Positions 49,833 through 58,531 of a stretch of 64,000 bases of DNA are shown in pieces. This stretch comes from Cladosporium halotolerans (taxonomy: Eukaryota). The notes under the pieces were generated by a model. That model worked only from the letters and a program-made list of their open reading frames with translations. It was not told the origin of the DNA and ran no database searches. A program made the position numbers and the translations under genes. The stretch covers positions 434,001-498,000 of the forward strand of contig NW_027191463.1 of assembly GCF_011745625.1 (NCBI RefSeq). Direction: 5' to 3'. Position 1 is the first letter of the stretch, and each line of letters starts with the position of its first letter.

Positions 49833-50834
49833 TGACGGAAACTTCACTGGACATAATCCTTTAATTTGGCTCTCCGAAAGGAGCCAATAACCCCTTGTGG
49901 ATTCGCCGGACAGCTAGAAGTAGCTCCACCTGCCACGAGTCAAACGGCAATACTCTCAAAGTCTTGACGGCTGGCTACCAAGAACATCAAGAACAATCTC
50001 GCCCAGTCAAACGCGATATTCTGATGTCCCCGAATCTCTCGAAAGGAAAGCGGCCACCCACTTTCATCCCGACATATACCCTTGTTACTTGCACGTTTCT
50101 TCTACATCTTTGATTCTTTGCAGATGGCTGCGTTGCCATCCTGCACGTCTTACGAATGAGCACATCGGCTGCGCTTCTTTGGAGCGGCGGAGTCGTGGCC
50201 ATCGCGAAAATTTTCTTACTGGCATTGGAGGCTCGCAGCGCTCTCGCTCAAAAACTTGCCCAGTCGTTTCTTTTGGGGACTTGGTTTACTCCAGCTGCTT
50301 TTGTTTTCTTTGTTCCTTTTCTTCTACGAGCAGCACAGGCATGGCAAGACGTAGTCTTGTATCTACTAGGAAGGGGCTTCTGTACACATATTCCTCATCT
50401 CGCAAGCTATTCGGTCTTCTGTCTCAAGGATCCTGTGTCGTTATCAATCTTCAGGAAGCAAACGTACGGTTGTTCTCTGGCCAGTTATTTTCTTATTAAG
50501 ATCTCGTGGGAGTGAAACATAATCGATGTGTTAATCAAATGAGGCCTGAGATTTACTGAGGTGAGTCTGATAAGCTGCTGGCGCCTAGTGTCTCATATCA
50601 GTATGCTCCCTTTCACATTCGAGAAATTCAAACGTGGAGTAACAGCGACAAACCACTGATCAAATTGGTCGCATCACCTTACGATTGTAGAGACCAAAGC
50701 GAGATGATTCAAGCTTGAATCCAAGCCACTGGTTCGAAAGCGAGTAACAAAGATGTAGATCCCTTGCGCTCTATCACCAAATCGCTATATACGCTCACGA
50801 AACCAAGCAGAATAGCTCTTGAACTGCGAGCGCA

Positions 50835-51478
50835 TCACTCTTCCGCCTTCCTTCTCCTCCAATCATCCAGCGCCTTCTCAAATCCTTGCGGCTCCATTTC
50901 ACACCTCTCGCCCATCAACCCCCACGTCCTGCTACGCACAATGCTCTCCACCATCCTCTCATTCCGTATCAGCGCCGCCAGCGCCTCCGTCCTCGCCTCC
51001 CGCGGAAAGTACCTCGCGCTGTACGGATCCAGCCGCTCGTTCACCTCCCTCTCGCGCGCCCGCGCATCCTCCACCTGCCGCAGCACATGATCCGGATCGT
51101 CAGGGTCCGGCGACGTCGCGACGCCCGCGCAGTAGTTTATTACGTCGCTGCGCGCTTGCCACGAGGGGAAAAGCACGCGGTCTTTGAACTCAGCGCACGC
51201 GGCGCCGGCGATGGGCCGTCGGCCGATGGGGCGCGATTGTTGCGATTGCGTCGAGAGGGGGTCGAAGGGTTGTGCGCCGGGCGTCAGCAGAGCGTTGAGG
51301 TTCTGGTTGATCGTGTCGTCTACGGCCGTGCGGCTTATCCGCAGGAAGTCTGGGGCGCTTGGGTATGAGCTGTGAGCTTTGGGATGGTGCTGCGTGGGGC
51401 TTGAAGCCTACCTCGTAGGGCTGTTTGGTTAAAGCAGAACTGTGGTGTGAGGGGTGGTTGGTCCGGTGTTCGGGACAT
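50835..51478 (-). CDS. MIX23: Mix23/Cid2 (CCDC58) mitochondrial intermembrane-space protein; exons 51478-51412, 51349-50835
   Basis: FCFNQTALRDFLRISR..DDTINQNLN, LFPSWQARSDVINYC, NERLDPYSAR, ERMVESIVRSRTW. Confidence 0.9.
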
Positions 51479-51725
51479 GATGAGACGGGGAGGCGTGGGT
51501 GGTGGTGGTGGTGAAGGCGGAGATGGAGGAAGGTCTTGAGGGGGATTGCGTTTCCAGAATAAACCCGCCAGAGTGACTTGCGTTCTTGTCGTGCAGTATT
51601 GGTTGTTATTCGGTGCAAGCAGTGTTGTTGGTCTAGAGAAGATTATTGTGCCTAAAGGCGACAGCTATGTCCAGCCGTTCCGAGGCGCTCGCTGGAGCTC
51701 GCCTCACAAGTCCCCGACGTCATCT

Positions 51726-51987
51726 ACGCGTGCTTGCCGCCTTCACGCTTCGGACGCGACGCGAGCTAAATTGGATTGGCCCGTCTGCCTATCGATGCCT
51801 GCGCCGTGAGGGCTTCTTGCACAAACAACGAGACCACTCTTCGCCATTCGCTCTTTTCTGTTCTTGTGTTATGATCGCAGGCTCTCGCCGTCATATTCTC
51901 GCACGCGTCAGCTCTCTCACGCCGAAACACCACGCTGGTGAAACACCCTTCCGCCAACCTTCTCCCAAAGCTCCTGGCGACGCGAAA
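51726..51987. promoter_or_regulatory. MCB/SCB-like cell-cycle boxes upstream of CDC9
   Basis: ACGCGT at 51726 and 51903, ACGCGA twice at ~51754, ACGCGAAA at 51980; yeast CDC9 is a known MBF target. Confidence 0.55.
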
Positions 51988-52041
51988 CCGATCCACCAAC
52001 TTCGAGCACGCTGGCAGCATACCAAGGCCAGAACCGGAAGG

Positions 52042-54944
52042 ATGGCGCCGAAGCAGGCTACATTGGGGTATGTCAAAACACAGCAGACTCTCGGGTATGA
52101 ACGCCTGCCTAGATCTGCTGCCTTGGAATAAACGATCAATCAGACTAATACCCTGGCAGAAAGTTCTTCGGCAACCCGGGCGGACAGGCGCCTGTCGCGC
52201 AGCAATCTAGGCTGAAGTTCACCAAGAATGCGCCCAAGAAAGATGAAGCCGAAGCGGTCTCGGGCGCAAGCAAGTCAGAGGATGCTGACGTGAAGAACGG
52301 CGAGGTCAAAGATGAGGATGTTAAGATGGAGGATGAGCAGCCTGTAAAGAAAGAGGAAGATGTATCTGAACCAGAGGACAGCGTGGAAGCTTCTGTTTCG
52401 CCCTCGAAAAAGCGGACAGCGACGGGTAAGGAGGACGAAGAGGACGCGTCTGCGAGCGATGTCGAAGAGCCACCATCAAAGAAGCAGCGACAGAAGCCGG
52501 CCGCAAATGGCAAGGCAAAGAAGGGCGTCGCTGTGAAGAAAACGACAGCTAAGACGGCCATCAAGAGCGAGCCTGTAGAAGAAGAAGTGGAGGAGAGTGA
52601 CGAAGAACCTCGCCCGGCGAAGAAATCCAGAATTGTTCCCAAAGCCGAAGACACAAAATCGTCAGCAAAGAAGGCCAAGAATAGCGAATCGTCTGGTGAA
52701 AGAAGTCCTGGAAAGAAGACCCCTCGATGCAGATCACCCAAACGATCAAATGGCAATGCAGCTGCCGCAACAGAAGCTTCAGACCCTGCCGAGGATGACG
52801 CCGAGAATGCGAACGATAGCGCTTCGGTATCAGAAGCTGAATCGGAAGATGCAGAAGAAGAGAAGCCTGAAATTGCGGCAAAGGCTCGGGCGAAAGTGCA
52901 GAGTACTCTCAAATCTACCAGTAAAGATGCGTATCCCGACTGGAAGGCTGGCGAACCAGTTCCATACGCTGCACTATGCACCACTTTCTCCAAGATCGAG
53001 CTTACTACAAAACGTCTGGAGATCATGGCACATTGCTCGGCATTCATGCGACAAGTCGCTCGCTTGACACCGGAGGATCTGCAGCCAACAGTCCTGCTCA
53101 TGATTGGAAAGCTCGCGGCCGACTATGCTGGTATCGAGCTCGGTATCGGCGAGTCTTTGATCATGAAGGCAATTGGCGAGACTACTGGACGCAACCTTAA
53201 GATCATCAAGGAAGACCAACAGAAGATTGGTGATCTTGGGCTTGTCGCGGCGAAGAGTAGACAAAATCAGCCAACTATGTTCAAACCTAAACCGCTCACG
53301 GTCCGCGGTGTCCATGAAGGCTTGATGAAGATCGCCACTGTGGAAGGCCAGGGATCACAAGGAAGGAAAGTCGACGGGATCAAGAAGCTGCTTTCTGCCG
53401 CCGACACCAACCTCGCGAAGGGCCAAACTGTCGACATTACAAAAGATAAGGGTGGGCCTAGCGAAGCGAAATACATCATTCGCGCTCTCGAAGGCAAAAT
53501 GCGTCTTGGTCTTGCCGACAAGACTGTCCAGGTGTCGCTGGCCCATGCCATGGTCTTCCACGCCGTATCTCAGGAAAGCAACAAGGTGCCTTCCGAAGCT
53601 GAGCTCAAGAAGGGCGAAGAGGTTTTCAAGGCTGTCTACAATGAGCTGCCAGCCTACGAAGTGATTGTTCCAGCACTTCTTAAGGGTGGCATCTGGAAGT
53701 TAAGGGAGGCTTGCAGGCTGCAGCCCGGTGTTCCCCTCAAGCCTATGCTGGCGAAGCCCACAAAGTCTATCGGCGAAGTTCTGGACCGCTTCGAAGGCAA
53801 GGACTTCACCTGCGAATACAAATACGATGGCGAAAGGGCACAGATCCACTTCGTTGCACATGACGCCGACCAAGACTTCGTCGCCACAGCTGCCCCTGAA
53901 GCTGGCAAGACGGAACGCGGAGTCTCAAACATCTTCTCACGCAACAGCGAAGACTTGAGCAAGAAGTACCCTGACATTCTTGGCAAGCTGCCAACATGGG
54001 TCAAGAAGGGCACCAAGAGTTTCGTGCTTGATTGCGAGACAGTGGCCTGGGATGTGGAGAAGAAGACCGTTCTGCCGTTCCAGCAGCTCATGACCCGCAA
54101 GAGGAAGGACGTCAAGGCCGAAGACATCAAAGTCAAGGTCTGCGTCTTTGCTTTCGACCTGCTCTACCTGAACGGCGAAGCCGTCGTGAACAAGCCTTTC
54201 CGCGAACGTCGAGACCTTATGTATTCGGCCTTCGAAGAAGTGGAAGGCGAGTTCACATTCGCCAAATTCGGAAACACACGCGAGATCGAAGAGATCCAGA
54301 CCCTCCTCGAAGACTCCGTCAAAGCTTCCTGCGAGGGCCTCATGGTGAAGATGCTCGACGGCGTGGAATCCCACTACGAGCCCTCTCGCCGTTCACAGAA
54401 CTGGCTAAAGGTCAAGAAAGACTACCTTGCCGGCGCGGGCGACTCCCTCGACCTGGTCGTCCTCGGCGCCTACTATGGCAAGGGCAAGCGCACGTCCGTA
54501 TACGGCGCTTTTCACCTCGCCTGCTACAACCCCAACTCCGAGATGTACGAGACTGTCTGCAACATCGGCACCGGCTTTTCTGAAGCTCTGCTCGCCGAGC
54601 TGCACGAGACTCTTTCTCCGCTTGTCATCGACCGCCCGAAGCCTTTCTACGACCACTCGAGCGGCAAGAATGACCAGCCTGACGTCTGGTTCGAACCGAG
54701 ATTCGTCTGGGAGGTCAAGACGGCTGACCTGACACTCAGCCCGCGGTACCGCGCTGCTGCAAGTGAGGTCGGCGACGGAACTCACAAGGGCGTCAGTCTG
54801 CGCTTCCCGCGCTTCATCCAGGTCAGAGAGGACAAGAAGCCAGACGACGCGACGAGCAGCAGACAGGTGGCGGAGATGTACAGGAAACAGGAGTCTGTGG
54901 GCAAGAACAAGGGTCCCGCCGTGGACGATGATTTCGAGTATTAA
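52042..54944 (+). CDS. CDC9: DNA ligase I; intron from 52068 or 52095 to 52159; upstream in-frame AUG at 51871 adds a putative mitochondrial presequence
   Basis: PIP box QxxLGKFF, VPYAALC, PMLAKP, EYKYDGER, EGLMVK, WLKVKKDY, SLRFPRF. Confidence 0.96.
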
Positions 54945-55030
54945 GAGCGTTGCACGAATTAAATCAATGCCGACATTTCTATATACGACTTCAAGAACTT
55001 GTCCAGTCAGATCTGGCCCCTCCCCAATAA

Positions 55031-56752
55031 TCAGTACTTGTACCTGAACTCTTTGTTCTCGCGGTCCGTCAGGTCCGCAAATTCCACGTCCCGCGTGTGC
55101 GCCAGGTTCGCGCGGTCGCGCGTCTTGTTCTGCCACCGGTAGTACAGCAACAGCACTACGGTCGTCAGAATCGCCACGCTGTCGACCACGACAATCGTCA
55201 CTTTCGCCGGCACGTACAGCGGCTTGTCTTTATCACGGAACGTCAGTGGGCCGAGGATGTTTCCTATCGTTCGGTCAGTCGTCAGTAAAACGAAGGCACA
55301 TCTAAGAGAGCGAACAGGAGACTCACCCAGACAAAAGCTCATCAGCAGCACCGCATTCATCGTCACTTTCTTCGTGTGTCCGCCCGTATTCGCCGCCGCG
55401 AACGAGTATGCGCACGGCAAGAAAGACCCCACGACGTGCGTCAGGTAGTTGCCAGCCATCTTGCCCGCGCGGTTGTCTTCGGGCAAGAAAGCCAGCAGAC
55501 TGCCGCCCAGGATGCCGCCCATCGCGGACCAGAGGATGATGTTGGCAGCGCGGGCGTTGAATTTCGCGGCGCTCCATGTCGCGAGCAGTACGCTCGTCAC
55601 GGCGATGACGCCGCCGGGGATCTGCAATAGAGTCGTCTGGTAGTTCGTGAAGCCGAAGCCTTTGATGAGGATCGATTGGAAGCTGCCAACGGCGCCGTTG
55701 GGAATTGAGGCTGCGATCGTGATGATGGAGAGCAGCCAGGTCTGCGGGTCGGAGAGGCAGGCCAGGACCTGGTAGGGCTTGAAGTGCTTGTTTTCGACGC
55801 CTGTCTGGTTTTCACGAAGTCGTTCGACTGCCAGGACGCGCTCAGCGTGGGTCAGGCGGCGGGCTGTCATGGGGTTGTCAGGGAGGAAGAGTAGCACGCT
55901 GCTGCCGACGAGCATGGTCATGCAGCCGATGACCAGGAACATGATCTGCCAGGCACTGAAGGTCGTGCCGGTGTAATGCTGGAAGCCAAAGGACATGAGC
56001 GAGCCGAAGATTGTCGCGGTGCCAACGCCGATGTACCAGAAGCCGACTCTTTTGGGTTGCTCGTCACGTTTGTACCTGTGGGGTGTTAGTGGATCGAGAG
56101 CTCGTCGTTCGACGGGCTTCCCTGAGCCAGCCATGGCTGGATCAATGCAGGTCTTCAGACGTACTGCCGAAGGTTGGTAGCCTCTGTTTTTAGATTTTCT
56201 GACTTCATAAAGACCGCAACATACCCACATAGAGGTGATCAGAATCAGACTTGGACTAATGCAACTCTCAAACATTCCCAACAAGAACCTCGTTGCAACC
56301 AACGACCCATAACTGCTGCACGCAGACGTGCACGCAACGACCGCACCCCAGCAACACACCATGACACCCAAATACTTGGCTGTCGGGAAGCGCTGCATGA
56401 GGTATGCGTGCGGCATCTCGAATGCCAGGAAAGCAACATAGAAGATCAGCGACAGCGTGCCGTACTGCTCTGTATCTAGGTGCGCATCGTCCAGGATGCC
56501 CATGACGGAGGCATAGTTGAGCAGGGACTTGTCGAGATATTGCATGCAGTAGCATGCGAACATGATGGGTACGATCATGAAATCGATCTTGCGCACTAGC
56601 GTCTTCTCGTCGACAAGCTCAGCTTCGCCATCTCCTGCCTCTCGGCGCAGGAACTCCAGCGCTTTGTCGCCATCGTTGAAAGCTGGCTTCTCCAAGGTGT
56701 CTTCTTCGGCGGTGGACTGAGAGCGATAGACCAGGTCGTCATTGGGTGCCAT
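55031..56752 (-). CDS. MFS transporter, Dal5/allantoate permease (ACS) family; exons 56752-56226, 56075-55327, 55263-55031
   Basis: RKIDFMIVP, QYLDK, RFLLGMFE, WYKRDEQ, LPDNP, NTGGHTKK, GNILGP, DLTDRENKEFRY. Confidence 0.92.
   Translation of the reverse strand: MAPNDDLVYRSQSTAEEDTLEKPAFNDGDKALEFLRREAGDGEAELVDEKTLVRKIDFMIVPIMFACYCMQYLDKSLLNYASVMGILDDAHLDTEQYGTLSLIFYVAFLAFEMPHAYLMQRFPTAKYLGVMVCCWGAVVACTSACSSYGSLVATRFLLGMFESCISPSLILITSMWVCCGLYEVRKSKNRGYQPSAVRLKTCIDPAMAGSGKPVERRALDPLTPHRYKRDEQPKRVGFWYIGVGTATIFGSLMSFGFQHYTGTTFSAWQIMFLVIGCMTMLVGSSVLLFLPDNPMTARRLTHAERVLAVERLRENQTGVENKHFKPYQVLACLSDPQTWLLSIITIAASIPNGAVGSFQSILIKGFGFTNYQTTLLQIPGGVIAVTSVLLATWSAAKFNARAANIILWSAMGGILGGSLLAFLPEDNRAGKMAGNYLTHVVGSFLPCAYSFAAANTGGHTKKVTMNAVLLMSFCLGESPVRSLRCAFVLLTTDRTIGNILGPLTFRDKDKPLYVPAKVTIVVVDSVAILTTVVLLLYYRWQNKTRDRANLAHTRDVEFADLTDRENKEFRYKY
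56076..56225 (-). other. Spliceosomal twin intron (stwintron), [D1,2] with alternative [A2,3] route
   Basis: TG|G-GTATGT...GGCAG-TACGT...CTAAC...CACAG|G TAC; only two-step excision restores the Trp-Tyr-Lys codons. Confidence 0.8.
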
Positions 56753-57263
56753 GATCATTAACAAGAAGTAGAGAAACAGATGACAAATGTTCGGCATCGA
56801 ACGTACGCCATCACCTTTCATATAAATATCTATCTACTTTCTCAACTCCGACCCCGCACGCGATAACAAAGCAACCCAGTGCATGCCACCGCACTGCCGT
56901 CTTCGCAAGCAAGGGAGAAAAGAGGTTCCGCAGCAATCGGTATATCACATGGTAGCCGAAAGAGGAAGGTAGAGACAGATCAGCTGCTTGGCGAGCTTGA
57001 TCGAGCGACAAGTTCGGCATCACCTTGGCCGATAGGTCGTTTGGCCGAAGGAACGTTGCCCGGCGGCCGTGGTAGGCATGCACCTTCGTAGGGGAGCTGC
57101 TGGGTAGTGGATGGTGAGGTAGGCGGATAATGCGGAGTAGAGATAAGGTTGTCGCCAAGCGGAGCCGCAATGCTTGTGGGGTCTTCAACCCTGGTGCCTT
57201 TGATGATAACACTACCTAAGCCTAGGCCGCGAAGCTGTTCGGGCATTGCTGAAGTGTCTCAGC

Positions 57264-57925
57264 CTACGCTGCCGGCAACCCTTCTCTTCTCGTGCACGCT
57301 TGTAAGTCTCTCTCGATCCGCTTTTCCGGAGACGGAACGCCAACCACAAGGTATATCACCAGAATGGCAACGCTAGAAACACACATTACCATGCTCGGTA
57401 CAACGAGAACGGCAGCCACAGTCTGGGCTGTCTCGTCAACGTCATGTGTGAGCAGCATAACGCAAATGAACATGAGGGTGAACGAAATGGCCGAGAAGAT
57501 ATCTGCTCGCGGTTAACATGGTCCTGAATATGCAGGGGTGAGTGCGCAAACTCACAAATTCCGCGCTTCTCCCAGAACGTCTTCTTCTGCGACTTTGAGA
57601 TTTCCAGGTTGATGTCGCGGTACAGAGCCCAACCGTCTTCCCGTCCGAAGATTCCAAGGTACATATGAGGCGTGTAGGTCCGCAACTCGCGACCGGTGCC
57701 GATTGTCCAGCAGGCCACGACGCGACGCACATGGTCATCAGGCAGGTGATGCTTGTTTCTGAGCAGTGAGGTCAAGTAGTCCCGGACCTCATCTGGTGTG
57801 GCGTTCGGTGGCGGTAGAGCGTCGGCTTGTGGTTCGGAGACCTGGAATTCCTCGTACAATGGGAGGCCTTCCTCGGCCGCTGAATGCGAGCCCATAGGGC
57901 TTTCTCTTCCTTTGGCTGCGCTCAT
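57264..57925 (-). CDS. Hypothetical membrane protein (soluble N-terminal domain plus 2 C-terminal TM helices); exons 57925-57556, 57502-57264
   Basis: GTGAGT...TTAAC...CAG intron joins two ORFs in frame; LPLY motif near the N-terminus. Confidence 0.7.
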
Positions 57926-58531
57926 TCTTCAGAATGTTCTGCATGAGGAGGTAGTAAGAAGAAGAACGGAAGCGTGTGAGATGCATCATACCAAGGCAGC
58001 TGCCTGCTCAGCCTCATCAGTCCTTGGCTTGCGGGGAGGCTCCGCGGAAACCCCAAGGCCGTCCTCCTCACCAGCGCCTCCGGTGGAGGACGAACCTGAG
58101 TCAAACGAACAACCAAAGGGTATCTAGGGAAGAACTAAAGGGCCTCAGAATGTCGCAAAGGGGAAATGCCAAATCCATATAACGTGCTTGTTCGCCTCCT
58201 GTGCTAGTCAACGTTTCACTGCCGCCTCTCTTTTCGAGGATTGCCCCCACCGTTGATGGCACTTCAAACGCACGAGGAAATTGCCTTAGTGAGCTCCGGC
58301 AGACGCAGGTTTTCTAGCATGCTTCTACGCTTGGGGGATACACATGTGCTGGTGGCTCAGCTATTGGATGCGGAGCTTCGAGTGGCTGCATGCAAATGCA
58401 GCATCGAGGCTCAGCGTGTCAGCTGAACACCCGCATCGCAGTATATTATTTGAGACCATGGCGGGCTTTCCATCCTCGCTCCTCAGCCTGCCTCAATTTG
58501 AGTGCTTGCCTTTCAGACAACTTTAGCACGG

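Noticed and set aside
50089..50515. Hydrophobic ORFs downstream of WHI2
   Set aside because: T-rich 3' UTR-like sequence with non-ATG starts
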